Source of the DNA: Cyanophyceae cyanobacterium | GTDB taxonomy: Bacteria > Cyanobacteriota > Cyanobacteriia > Cyanobacteriales > JBHJGN01 | Direction: 5' to 3' | NCBI GenBank assembly: GCA_050331735.1 | Contig: JBHJGN010000008.1 | Location: forward strand, 1-64,000 | Length of the DNA stretch: 64,000 bases | Part shown: in pieces, positions 20,025 through 30,086 of the stretch | Position numbering within the stretch: position 1 is the first letter of the stretch | Layout: every line of letters starts with the position of its first letter | Position numbers and translations under genes: made by a program | The notes under the pieces: generated by a model | Told to the model about the DNA's origin: nothing | The model's input: the letters and a program-made list of their open reading frames with translations, nothing else | The model's database searches: none

Positions 20025-23000
20025 TTAGCCAGCCCGCTCACCCGCTGCTGCGTCCAGCAGACTTAACTGCACGTAATCATCTCCCCCATTGGAAGCAGCC
20101 TTCTTCTGACTTAGGGCGTAAAGATTCTCTGCCTGCCAAAACTCAGAACTGCCGGGATGTCGGCTGTCCGCCGCTAACCACTGCAAGAACACCTGCTCTC
20201 GACCATCGTTAGGACGCACAGCCTGATAAACTCGCACTCGCTTTTTGCCAGCGCTTTCTGAGCGGAGGCAGTCCAAGCCGTAGTCGATCAGGTCGAGAAA
20301 TCGCCGAATAATCGTAATCGAACTCGCCGTTTTCGCCAAACCAATTCCAACAGTGGCTTTAATCTCCGAGCGATGAGCCAGGGCGATCGCCGCCATCGCC
20401 TTTAAATCTGGGTCAGTATTTTTCAGCTCTCGTCCTGGGCTTTGCAGCAGTACCGGAATGCCTAACACCTCCATCGTGCCGATGGTTGCGCCTAGCTGAG
20501 AGCCGTTGAAGTCTGGTAAAAACAGACTGCCGCCGCCCTGTTCAACGAGAATACGAGCCACAATCGCATCGCGATCGGCTAAATAAGGACGACCGAGAGT
20601 AAGAAAGTAGTGAATGCGGAGCTTTTGATACCAGCCGCGGTCGTCTTGAGCGACGAGCTTGGCCGTTACGGGAATGGCGTAGCGCTTTTTGAGATTGTAC
20701 TTGCGCAACGCTCGCCGTTGCGGGGCTGATTTGACGAGCTGTTTTTTGAGGATTTGGTACTGAGCATCGCTGAGGTTAGCAGCGGCGGCGATCGCCTCAC
20801 ACTGAGCCAGGTAATTTTGCTCCTGAACGGCGGTAATAGTAGCACTGATGGGATTAGCATCGGCTTCGGCAGCAGTGGCAGGAGATTCCAAAGGGGCATC
20901 CACTACCTGATGACCTTCTTCAGTGAGAACCGCGAACACCGATTCTCGATAGCGATTCATTAAAGCATTTACCCGCACCGCCATCTTCGCCCAGCACAGC
21001 AAAGATTCTGCCTGAAACCCGGTATCGAGGTCGTCAATAGCCTCAAAGTCAGTCTGTTGCAGCAACCGAATATTAAGCTGAGTCAACCGATGCCCAGAGG
21101 TCAGCAGCGCTGGAATTGAGGTAGAGCCGTTGCCCACCCGATTGAACCCGTAGGGAGCGACCCATACATACCGAGGCACATTCTCTCGTAGACGACTGAG
21201 CGCCTGACATACCGAGTGAGCGGTTTGCACTCCTTGGGCAATACACCACACAGAAGTAAAATGTCCTCGCAAGTCGATGCTGATTCCCGTCTCAATTGAT
21301 GGACTCGCTAACACAATATCGGTATTGGCTAAGGCCTCATTGAGCCGTTCCATGCAGCCGTAGGCAGGGTGAGCGGGGTCTGCTAAAGATTCAGAATCAA
21401 TGCGCAGAATCTTTGCTTGAGGAAACTGATTCTGTAAATAGGCTTCTAGAGTACAGGTTCCCCACTGGCTGCTTAACTTCTGGGCGGACAAACAAACAAA
21501 TGGTTTGCCTCCAGCGCGGATATGTTGTTCTAGATTCTCAATTAGTTTCTTCGGCGTACTGTCCGTGTAGGCGTATACCTGCCAAGCATCTATTCCCGGC
21601 TGCCAATGATTGTGAACGATAAATGGGTCTATAGACACTCCAGCAAGGGAGATCAGATAGTCTAGAGACGTATCGCTTAAGTCAGCATCCGCTACAAACA
21701 CCTGTCCGCCACTGCCCAAAACGTTCTGCATTAAGGTTTTTAAAGACTTAAGAATGGCAACTCGATTGCCCTTACAGGTATCAGAGTTTAAGCCATGCCA
21801 CAGCACTTGTTCAACTTCGTCAATAATGACCGTTGCTCCCTCCCAGTCATCGGCATTGAAGCGAGCCTGGGATGCGGGGTGGAGAGAGTCAATACACAGG
21901 CCATACCCTAGTGTTTCTTGGCTATCTTCAACATCAGTGATGTAGCTTAATCCAAAGCGCTGACACAAAGTCTCCACCAGCCGCACTCGATGACCAATGA
22001 CCAGAACACGCTGCTTTTGAGCCAAGGATTGAGCCACAATTGTTTCTAAACACCCAGTTTTCCCGGTTCCTTTAGGAGATTTAATGCCAATGAGCTTGGC
22101 TGAACTGGGAACGGATAGATCGCGAAGATAGCGACAGTCTAGAGAAATATTAGGAGTGTAGGTAAGACGAGTTAACGCTTGGGCTTTCCAAGTCTCCAAA
22201 GAGGGAGCCTCTTGGTAGGCTCGGTCAAATGCCTGCTGTCCGGCGTTGGCAATCAGATCGTCTACTCCTTTGCCAAGCTGGGGGTTCCAGACAATTACTT
22301 TGACACTACATCCCGCGCGTTCGAGCAAGTAGCCCAACCTTTTAGTCGCCGCTTCTACGGCTTTAACAGTCTTCGGTTTCGCATCGCGATCGAAGGCAAT
22401 CAAAATTTCTCGTCCGGCAGTCACGAGCTTTTTGAGTTGGGGAATCAGGTGGGATCTGCCGATGCGGTTTCCTTGAGGATCTCGCGGGACTCGATAGCCA
22501 CTGTTAATCCCGGGAAGGGCAATGGCGGCATAGCCTGCGGTCAGTAATGCCCCGGCTTTTTTGGCTCCTTCGGTGATGCACAAAGGAATTGAGGGGTGAT
22601 CGCTCAGCCACTGCCAAAAACCGAGATCGGGCAGAGTCGGCTTGAGATCCTGGGCATCAATGGCAGCCTGATATCGTTGGGCAATCCGCTGCCAAATTTC
22701 CAGAGGAACCCGTAGAGCAAACACTCCCGTGGGCTCTTTGGGGGGATGCTCGTATTTAATTGGTTTACCACGGTCCGAGTTAACGCGGGGCTGTTCTGGC
22801 TTAAAACAGCCCCAGAGATCCGTTTCTCCCGTCAGCAGATCGATCCCAGAACACCACCATCCTCCCTGTTCGGTATGTTCGTAACGCTTGAGCAAAGACT
22901 CTCTGACTCGTCCATCGTTGCGCCGAGGCAGGTCATCAGAATACAGTAAATAATCTAACGGCTGCGACCCCTGGAGAGGGGTAACATTAAGACGAGTGAG

Positions 23001-23045
23001 CTGATCGTCTACACAACTTTTCTCCCATTCAGCTAAGTGATCCAT
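20025..23045 (-). CDS. CyRepA1-family replication protein (DUF3854 Toprim-like primase domain + SF2-like helicase)
   Basis: KYEHP, ITEGAKKAG, IAFDRD, GKGVDD; Walker A SPKGTGKT; Walker B IIDE; SPSIETGISID. Confidence 0.85.
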   Translation of the reverse strand: MDHLAEWEKSCVDDQLTRLNVTPLQGSQPLDYLLYSDDLPRRNDGRVRESLLKRYEHTEQGGWWCSGIDLLTGETDLWGCFKPEQPRVNSDRGKPIKYEHPPKEPTGVFALRVPLEIWQRIAQRYQAAIDAQDLKPTLPDLGFWQWLSDHPSIPLCITEGAKKAGALLTAGYAAIALPGINSGYRVPRDPQGNRIGRSHLIPQLKKLVTAGREILIAFDRDAKPKTVKAVEAATKRLGYLLERAGCSVKVIVWNPQLGKGVDDLIANAGQQAFDRAYQEAPSLETWKAQALTRLTYTPNISLDCRYLRDLSVPSSAKLIGIKSPKGTGKTGCLETIVAQSLAQKQRVLVIGHRVRLVETLCQRFGLSYITDVEDSQETLGYGLCIDSLHPASQARFNADDWEGATVIIDEVEQVLWHGLNSDTCKGNRVAILKSLKTLMQNVLGSGGQVFVADADLSDTSLDYLISLAGVSIDPFIVHNHWQPGIDAWQVYAYTDSTPKKLIENLEQHIRAGGKPFVCLSAQKLSSQWGTCTLEAYLQNQFPQAKILRIDSESLADPAHPAYGCMERLNEALANTDIVLASPSIETGISIDLRGHFTSVWCIAQGVQTAHSVCQALSRLRENVPRYVWVAPYGFNRVGNGSTSIPALLTSGHRLTQLNIRLLQQTDFEAIDDLDTGFQAESLLCWAKMAVRVNALMNRYRESVFAVLTEEGHQVVDAPLESPATAAEADANPISATITAVQEQNYLAQCEAIAAAANLSDAQYQILKKQLVKSAPQRRALRKYNLKKRYAIPVTAKLVAQDDRGWYQKLRIHYFLTLGRPYLADRDAIVARILVEQGGGSLFLPDFNGSQLGATIGTMEVLGIPVLLQSPGRELKNTDPDLKAMAAIALAHRSEIKATVGIGLAKTASSITIIRRFLDLIDYGLDCLRSESAGKKRVRVYQAVRPNDGREQVFLQWLAADSRHPGSSEFWQAENLYALSQKKAASNGGDDYVQLSLLDAAAGERAG

Positions 23046-23276
23046 TGCCTTTGGCTAATTACTCTATATCTGGGGTCGCGGTAGAATAATTCTAGGGCAA
23101 AGACTCTAAATATGGAATCCCTCTTCATGATTTTTGCGGGGGACTACCAGGAAGCGCCCATCTGTCAAAGGACGAATGACAAATGACTAAGGACAAAACA
23201 CTCAAGTAACCTCTTCAGATAGAAGGCAACATCAAAACCACGCTTTATAACGGAAGGGGTGAGTTTGGAAGCAACA

Positions 23277-23663
23277 ATGGCAGTTGAAGAATTGCGCAAA
23301 AGCAAAATGATGTCCCACCTGCTCGATGCGCTAGACGAAGGCAAGGATATTGGACACTACGGCAGGTTAGTGTTTGCGATGGTGGCTCGTCACTTCATGA
23401 GCGAACAAGAATTAACGGAAACGTTGAGAAAGGATCAAGATTTCAGCGAGGAAGAGGCGAAATCACTGATCCAGCAAGTGCAGGGCAAAGACTACAATCC
23501 ACCCAAGCGCGATCGCATTTTAGAGTGGCAGCAGCAGCAAGATTTTCCCATTTGCCCCAATCCCGACGATCCCGATTCCTGCAACGTTTATCGAGACTTA
23601 CAGTTTCCTGACGGGATTTATGAGAACATTGCCGAATACTACGAACAAAAAGCCGATAGTTAA
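23277..23663 (+). CDS. Conserved hypothetical protein
   Basis: Clean ORF with GKDIGHYGRLVFAMVARHF and YNPP...FPICP...CNVY. Confidence 0.8.
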   Translation: MAVEELRKSKMMSHLLDALDEGKDIGHYGRLVFAMVARHFMSEQELTETLRKDQDFSEEEAKSLIQQVQGKDYNPPKRDRILEWQQQQDFPICPNPDDPDSCNVYRDLQFPDGIYENIAEYYEQKADS

Positions 23664-23687
23664 ATTAATAACTGAGCCTATTCGCCG

Positions 23688-24020
23688 TTAAGCTTCAAGG
23701 TATACTATAGCGCTTGCTTGAGAAGTTAAGTACTGAGGCGAAAGAGTACCTATCTGCCAGATTAAACGCTGCTGATCGATAACAGCAACTTGGTAGCATA
23801 GTGCTACTGAATCCTCAGTCAATCCTTCTTCACCTGCTGGAATTAAAACAGTTCCAGGTATGCGAGTACGTCGTAGGTTCGATGTTAATGGAACAATAAC
23901 GATAGTTCGGGTAAAATGGGCTAGTTGGTTCCGTTGTACCACAATTGCAGGTCTAATTCCGGCTTGTTCAGAACCTCTACTAGGATTTAGATTAGCTATA
24001 TAAACATCTCCTCGCTTCAA
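23688..24020 (-). CDS. PemK/MazF-family toxin
   Basis: MKRGDVYIANLNPSRGSEQAGIRPAIVVQ...IVPLTSN. The C-terminus may be frameshifted. Confidence 0.88.
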   Translation of the reverse strand: MKRGDVYIANLNPSRGSEQAGIRPAIVVQRNQLAHFTRTIVIVPLTSNLRRTRIPGTVLIPAGEEGLTEDSVALCYQVAVIDQQRLIWQIGTLSPQYLTSQASAIVYLEA

Positions 24021-24271
24021 GATCGATCCTTTTGTTGAAGCATAGCTACGTAGTCAGTTAAGTTTGCTTCTGCGATCGCTAAATCTTCTTCCTCAAACTC
24101 AGCTTTAAGAGCAGCCGCTTCTTCGTCTGAGATCTCATCCCACTGTTGGATGGGGTCTTTTTTCTGTAACTGTAGGGCAAAGTCTAAAACTTTCTGATGC
24201 TGCAATGGGGGCAATTGTTCCAACAGTTGAAGAAGTTGTGCTTGAAAGGAGTTGCTTGGGCTTACACTCAT
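24017..24271 (-). CDS. Putative antitoxin
   Basis: 84 aa, acidic C-terminus, 4-nt overlap with the toxin start. Confidence 0.7.
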   Translation of the reverse strand: MSVSPSNSFQAQLLQLLEQLPPLQHQKVLDFALQLQKKDPIQQWDEISDEEAAALKAEFEEEDLAIAEANLTDYVAMLQQKDRS

Positions 24272-24408
24272 TATCTATGTCTTAAGTGTAAATATATACA
24301 AAAGATTTTGTCTGGAAACTAGATTTGAGCAGACCTCCGTGCTGAATAAACTATAGTTCTAATTATAATAGAGCTATTTGTCGTCTCGACTATCTTCAAA
24401 AGAGGAGT

Positions 24409-25440
24409 ATGGAGAAGATATTTAATAATACGTTCAAAAGCTTTTTAGCTTTCTGGTCTGCTCTTGTTACGATCACCGCTATTAGTTCTGTATTAATAGA
24501 TGTATTGTATTCTGTCTCAGAGACAACTACTCGACTTATCTTAGGTTTACTCTTAATACTTATATTTGGAGTAGGTATTGCTATAATTTTCTACAGGGAA
24601 AGGCAAGATCGAAACAAAATAATTAAACTGGAAGAAGAAAAATCAAGAAGTGAAGAAACGCAAAGACAAAAAATTATTAGAGAAAGAAAAGAAAAGTTTT
24701 TAAACACGGATAATATTTATTGTTATTAGATTAATGAAAAATTTGTTGAGGAAAACTATAGTCGTCACCTCAAAGAACCTATTCCTGAAAATGCTACTAC
24801 AGAAATAGCAAATGAAAGGTCTGAAAGCGCTGGAGGAAAAATCTTTAAGGGTATAAATCTAAATTTTGGTCGTCAAGGAAGCAATAGGACAACTAAAAAC
24901 TTTGGATATCTAAAGCCGACTTTAACATACAAGTTTTCACAGCTTCAGAAAAAAGCCATTAATAACAATAGAGCTATTTTTGGAGTAGAAGATTTGGAGC
25001 TTGAGTTATCGGATGTACATAAATTCAAAAAACTGCTTGATCAACTAAGACAATTTAAGCTTAATTTTGACAGAGATCTAGAAAGCTTGTTTCAAAACGC
25101 GGTTGAACAAAAAGAAGAAGAATTGAGCAGAGAAGCGGCAAGTGAAACAATAAACAAGCTGCAAGAGGTTAGAACTGATCCAGGGGAAATTTTACTAATG
25201 AGTGGCGATTTTTGGATTTCTGATCTTGATTTTAATCAGTTCAAATTTACCTATAGACATCCTGTAAGCAATTATATAAACAAAAATGTTGTAATTTGTT
25301 TTTGTCTAGAAGAACAGCATTGGAAACATGGAAGCAACAAATCAATCTACCTAAACATTTGTGGAAAAATTTTCTCCCGAATAAATTCAGATTGCTCAAG
25401 TTGGGAACTAGAAATAAAGCCGATTGCAGTATACAGTTGA
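24409..25440 (+). pseudogene. AT-rich two-TM protein gene interrupted by one in-frame TAG (24727-24729)
   Basis: ORFs 24409..24729 and 24994..25440 share a frame, and the intervening 88 codons have no stop. Confidence 0.75.
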
Positions 25441-25462
25441 GTTATAGTAGACAAAAAGATTG

Positions 25463-25807
25463 ATGGACATGACTAACAGCGAGAACATCTATCGTCGCAT
25501 CAATGACGTTGAGGCAGTAGTCGCGGCTAACGTTCAGGGAATAGAAGCTAACAGACAAGTCATTGAAAAATTAACCTCCGCTATTGCCGATTTAAAAGAT
25601 ATCGCTAATACGTTAGTTAATTCCAAAGCTGATATAGAAGCATTAACGCAACAGGTAGCGCTCAGCCAAATTAACCTGAATGAAAATGTTATTCCTCAGT
25701 TTGTCACTCGGATGGAAGAGATGCAGTCAGAAATTAGAGGATTACAGACTGAAAATCGCCGTATTATCGATCGAGTATTCGGAGAAAACGGCGAACAACC
25801 GCAGTGA
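25463..25807 (+). CDS. Coiled-coil hypothetical protein
   Basis: Heptad-rich; ends with the common cyanobacterial tail MQSEIRGLQTENRRI. Confidence 0.7.
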   Translation: MDMTNSENIYRRINDVEAVVAANVQGIEANRQVIEKLTSAIADLKDIANTLVNSKADIEALTQQVALSQINLNENVIPQFVTRMEEMQSEIRGLQTENRRIIDRVFGENGEQPQ

Positions 25808-25827
25808 AAGTTCCCATTTGCTTTCTC

Positions 25828-26454
25828 CTACGCTTCATAAAGCCAAGCTTCCGTAAAAAAGTCACGTTCGCACTCAAGCGCGTAGCGATAGGTAGAGCGA
25901 ACCAACTCCGTTACTGTTGCGTAATCGTCGGCTAAATCCTCTAACTGTTGCGCTAAGGCTTCAAATTCTGTGCCGCTGTAGGTGCGAATCCAGTCAGCAT
26001 ACTGGTGCTGAGGAATACCGGGCAAGGCGAGCTGCTGACCAAGATAGGCATAGAGACGCATACAGGGACTCATCGCGACAGCGGTTAACCCAACATCACT
26101 GCTCCACGCCGTGGAGAGCAGAAAATCTGTATAGCGACGAGTGGCGGGGGCGGGGTTAACGGCAGATAAATCGATGCCCCATTGCTCAGCATAGTCGCCG
26201 TGAAAACGCAATTCTGCTAATACCCCATCGGCAAGATGATGAAATACGCTGAACCCACGCCAGTCAGGAGCTTTAGCCGCTGCAATACTGTAAGCACGAG
26301 CAAACCCTTCTAAAAAGAAGGCATCTTGCCCAACATAGAAAGCAAAACGCCGTTTTGCTAACGTCCCGGAGGCAATTCCCTGGACAAATTCGTGTTCGAG
26401 ACATTCCTGAACGATGTCTTGATGGTTTTGCCACAGATCTTCGCTGAGCGCCAT
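25828..26454 (-). CDS. TenA family (thiaminase II-like) protein
   Basis: FAFYVGQDAFFL, MSPCMRLYAYLG, YADWIRTY. Confidence 0.9.
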   Translation of the reverse strand: MALSEDLWQNHQDIVQECLEHEFVQGIASGTLAKRRFAFYVGQDAFFLEGFARAYSIAAAKAPDWRGFSVFHHLADGVLAELRFHGDYAEQWGIDLSAVNPAPATRRYTDFLLSTAWSSDVGLTAVAMSPCMRLYAYLGQQLALPGIPQHQYADWIRTYSGTEFEALAQQLEDLADDYATVTELVRSTYRYALECERDFFTEAWLYEA

Positions 26455-26619
26455 TGTTATTTTACTCTGTTGTAGATGCAGGCCAGACTGAAGAGAGGGC
26501 GATCGCTGGTCACCAAACAGTCAGGCACCACAGCTCATTTTAGCTTTATATACATATACTGAAGCGTACTGTTCTACAGCACTTTCGCTCGCAATTAATG
26601 ACTTTAGAAGTAACAATTC

Positions 26620-27420
26620 TCAGGGAATCAGAAATCTCAGTAACAGCGGACCTAGACTTCCAATCAGCCGATCGAGTCCCAAACCCCCTTGCGGTTTCTT
26701 CTCCTGGTTGGCAGCTTGTCGGTACAGTTCTACCGCCTGAAGGAAATTTTGCGCGGCTTCATACCCTTCTGGGTTGTCTTGTTTTTCAAACAGTTGCGCC
26801 GCTATTTGAGCATCTTGAGTCGCTGCGGCTTCGTTGCCAAGGCGATAACGAGTTAATCCACGCCCTAAATAAGCAGGGGCAAAATCAGGATTAAGCGCTA
26901 AAGCCCGCTCAAAGTAGTCAATGGCAGCTTGGTAATTGCCACTCGCGGCTTCGTTCATCGCCCAGGTGTGAAACTGTTCAGGAGTGCCAGCATCATTAGG
27001 TAATCCAACCACTCCCTCCAGATGAACCGCCGCTAAATCTACGCCCAGCAAATTAGCATTCATCAAATAAGCCTCTCTTAAATCGGCTCCTGCTAGATTG
27101 GCCCCTCTTAAATCCGCTCCGCTCAAATTGGCTCCGTAGAGAGAAGCACTGCTCAAATTCGCCCCCCTCAAGTTCGCGCCACTAAGATTAGCTTGGCTCA
27201 AATTAGCTCCCACTAAATCAGCTCCCTCAAGATCGGCTCCCGCCAGATCAGATAGCACTAAACCAGCCCTGCTCAAATCGCACTGAACACACTGTCCAGT
27301 TGCCAACAGTCGGTTCAAATCATTAAGATCTTCTGCCGTACTAGGAGCCATAGCTGTCAAACTGAAGACGGTAGCGGCGGCGGATGCTCGAAATATTGTT
27401 GCTAAGGGAAGCCGAATCAT
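26620..27420 (-). CDS. Exported pentapeptide-repeat protein with TPRs
   Basis: Signal peptide; CxxCDL followed by A(D/N)LxG repeats; AYLGRG TPR. Confidence 0.9.
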   Translation of the reverse strand: MIRLPLATIFRASAAATVFSLTAMAPSTAEDLNDLNRLLATGQCVQCDLSRAGLVLSDLAGADLEGADLVGANLSQANLSGANLRGANLSSASLYGANLSGADLRGANLAGADLREAYLMNANLLGVDLAAVHLEGVVGLPNDAGTPEQFHTWAMNEAASGNYQAAIDYFERALALNPDFAPAYLGRGLTRYRLGNEAAATQDAQIAAQLFEKQDNPEGYEAAQNFLQAVELYRQAANQEKKPQGGLGLDRLIGSLGPLLLRFLIP

Positions 27421-27565
27421 ATTAATGGGGCTAGCGTTAGGTATAAATTGCTACTTTGCTGCTCACTTTATTGAGGTTTCCCAGATGTAGCCAAAAAAGC
27501 AACATCCCTAAAAAAACTAAGCTAGGATTTTTACGGGAACACCTCACCAATTCCAAATCTTTTCT

Positions 27566-28312
27566 ATGAATTTTTTCACATCCGTTGTTCACCTTTTGGG
27601 GTCAGGCGCGGTAGCGTATTTTACTGCTGCTAGTATCCGCGATCCCAAAACTCGCCCCAACACTTTAGCGGGGTTTCAACTTGCTGAATCTGGCTCGGTT
27701 CCTTTTCTGACGGCCTTGGCTGAGCGAGCCACCGCCGAAGGGGATACCTGGCTCGCCGAGAAACTGACTCGCCATGCGGCTGACGAACAGCGCCACGGAC
27801 AAATTTTTGCCCATGCTCTTAAGCAGCTTGGCAAACAAACGATCGACCCGAAAAGCCTATCCGACAAAAACGACAAGCCAGACAAGCGCAAACGCAGCCC
27901 CTTCTTCGAGGCTTTCTTTGAGGGGTATACCCAAGAGGAGCTTAAGCCAGAGCGGATCGACTGGGTTGTATTTATGGGCAGCACCTACATTCTAGAGCTA
28001 GATGCCTGTAAAGATTTTGTCCGCATGGCCAATGTGTTACCAGAAGACGAGCTACACAGCCGCCGTCTCAAAGAAGGCCTTCTTAGCGTTGCCCAAGACG
28101 AAACCAGACACGCTGCCTATCTTCACGAAGCTCTCCATCGCCGTTTATCGGCTGCTGAGGCTCAGGCCGTTATCGACGAGTGGCGCACTCGTAAAGTCAA
28201 CGCCCTGCTGGCTATGGTTGGCAATCTAGCTCAAGGAAAAGGCAATCCCACTCTAGTCCGCGACGGTGCGCCGACAGAAGCTGAATCTGAACCAGAACTA
28301 GCAGCCGCCTAG
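27566..28312 (+). CDS. Ferritin-like (di-iron) domain protein
   Basis: Paired ExxH motifs: DEQRH and DETRH. Confidence 0.8.
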   Translation: MNFFTSVVHLLGSGAVAYFTAASIRDPKTRPNTLAGFQLAESGSVPFLTALAERATAEGDTWLAEKLTRHAADEQRHGQIFAHALKQLGKQTIDPKSLSDKNDKPDKRKRSPFFEAFFEGYTQEELKPERIDWVVFMGSTYILELDACKDFVRMANVLPEDELHSRRLKEGLLSVAQDETRHAAYLHEALHRRLSAAEAQAVIDEWRTRKVNALLAMVGNLAQGKGNPTLVRDGAPTEAESEPELAAA

Positions 28313-28520
28313 CGCCTGCGGCGCGGGAAAAGGGGAAGCGCCACAGGCGCGGGGAAAAGGGCAAAGGGAAAGGGGGAAAGGGGGAATTAATCAGCGGATT
28401 TCTTAATTCTGTGTTTTTTCCCGTCCGGTCGGGACAAATTTCCCTTTCCCCGTTCCGATAGGAACTGTTTCCCCGTCGCGGAGCGACAGTTTTCCCTTGT
28501 CCCGTCGGGACAATTCCCCC
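28312..28520. repeat. Array of six 13-14-nt mini-hairpins within G/A and C/T heptamer tracts
   Basis: GCGCC-TGC-GGCGC, GCGCC-ACA-GGCGC, GTCCG-GTC-GGGAC, GTTCC-GATA-GGAAC, GTCGC-GGA-GCGAC, GTCCC-GTC-GGGAC. Confidence 0.8.
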
Positions 28521-28575
28521 TGGGAATTCTTTTTTCGACTAGAATTGAAACATTCCTTAATACTTGTGAGGACCG

Positions 28576-28842
28576 ATGGAAGCAAAAGTTGAAATTTATA
28601 CTTGGAGTCGCTGCCCTTACTGTATTCGTGCTAAGTCACTGCTGAAGGAGAAGGGAGTAGATTACATTGAATACTGTATCGACGGAGATGAGGGAGCCAG
28701 AGAGCAAATGGCGACGAGAGCGCACGGGCGCAGGAGTCTTCCCCAAATTTTTATTGATGACGAACATATCGGTGGCTGTGACGATCTCTACGATTTAGAG
28801 TTTAGCGATCGCCTCGATCCGCTGCTGCAAAAAACGGCTTAG
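28576..28842 (+). CDS. grxC: Glutaredoxin 3
   Basis: CPYC, SLPQIFI, IGGCDDL. Confidence 0.93.
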   Translation: MEAKVEIYTWSRCPYCIRAKSLLKEKGVDYIEYCIDGDEGAREQMATRAHGRRSLPQIFIDDEHIGGCDDLYDLEFSDRLDPLLQKTA

Positions 28843-28916
28843 CTGCTCCTGAATAGAGACGGAACGCGGTTTAATAGACAGTAGTGCCAGACAAGCGAAA
28901 GGAAGGTGGGTGACGC

Positions 28917-29891
28917 GTGAAGTTTGCATTTATCATTGATCCTCTACCCAAACTCGACCCAGCCCACGACACCAGCGTTGCCATCATGGAGGCAGCCCAA
29001 GCCCTCGGACATGAGGTGTGGGTGACTCAGGCTCATCAACTCAGTGCAATCGCCACAGGAGTGCAGGCTGTGCTGCAGCAGGTGCAGCTTAAGGGAGTAG
29101 AGCTAGTAGAGGGACGATGGATTGTTGATGAGCTATGGTATCAAGCATCCGAGCCAGTGCATCGCTTGCTTGGAGAGATGGATGCGGTATTCATGCGAAC
29201 CGACCCACCCGTAACGATTCCTTACCTCTATGCCACGTATATTTTAGATTTAATTAGCCAAGAAACGCTGGTGGTGAATTCTCCTCACGGATTGCGCACC
29301 GCCAATGAGAAAATGTATGCTCTTCAGTTTCAGTCGGTGATTCCCGAAACGATTGTGAGCCAGAATAAGCAAGTCATTCGGGAGTTTGTCGAGCGACAAG
29401 GAGCTGGCGTCATTAAGCCGCTGGGAGGAAAAGCCGGAGAAGGCATTCTGCTGGTAGAAGCAGGCGATCGCAACTTTAATTCTTTGATCGAAATTAGCAC
29501 GAAACAGGGACGGGAACCCGTAATGGTGCAAACCTTCCTCCCCGCCGCCAAAGAAGGTGATAAACGAGTCATTCTGCTCGATGGCGAACCCATCGGAGCC
29601 GTCAATCGGATTCCAACCGGAAGCGAGTTTCGGGGAAACATGGCGGTGGGAGGAGTTGCGGCTAAGGTAGACATTACTCCCCGAGACCGGGAAATTTGCC
29701 AAATTGTCGCCCCCAAGCTGCGCGAGGATGGGCTCTATTTTACGGGCATCGACATCATTGGTGGTTATCTGACAGAAGTCAACGTCACCAGCCCCACTGG
29801 TATCCGAGAAATTGACCGCTTTAACAATACTCGTTTGGGAAAACAAGTCGTTGAGTGGGCCGAAAAAACGGTTTCTAGCCGCGTTCGTTAA
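28917..29891 (+). CDS. gshB: Glutathione synthetase
   Basis: HDTSVAIM, MRTDPP, NEKMY, KPLGGKAGEG, EVNVTSPTG. Confidence 0.97.
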   Translation: MKFAFIIDPLPKLDPAHDTSVAIMEAAQALGHEVWVTQAHQLSAIATGVQAVLQQVQLKGVELVEGRWIVDELWYQASEPVHRLLGEMDAVFMRTDPPVTIPYLYATYILDLISQETLVVNSPHGLRTANEKMYALQFQSVIPETIVSQNKQVIREFVERQGAGVIKPLGGKAGEGILLVEAGDRNFNSLIEISTKQGREPVMVQTFLPAAKEGDKRVILLDGEPIGAVNRIPTGSEFRGNMAVGGVAAKVDITPRDREICQIVAPKLREDGLYFTGIDIIGGYLTEVNVTSPTGIREIDRFNNTRLGKQVVEWAEKTVSSRVR

Positions 29892-30086
29892 GTTCAGCTT
29901 AAACGCAGTCTCTTAAGATCAGAACCATTTAAAGAGATATCATCGGACAGCGAGTTTAAGGCGATAGTTAGTGGTAAACCTCTTTATTGATGTTGATAAC
30001 GACTAACCACTAACTTACGCTCTTCCCTCTCGGATTGGGTCTAATGAGGCGAATTCGAGCTAACGTTCTACCGTTTTCCCATCTGG

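Noticed and set aside
20025..25807. Integrated plasmid or prophage around CyRepA1
   Set aside because: No integrase, tRNA target, att direct repeats, partition genes or structural genes were seen.
26455..26620. TPP riboswitch upstream of tenA
   Set aside because: The conserved CUGAGA and ACCUGA...GCGNAGG elements are not found on the coding strand.
28312..28520. CRISPR array
   Set aside because: Units are only 13-14 nt and non-identical, the spacers are short low-complexity tracts, and there are no cas genes.
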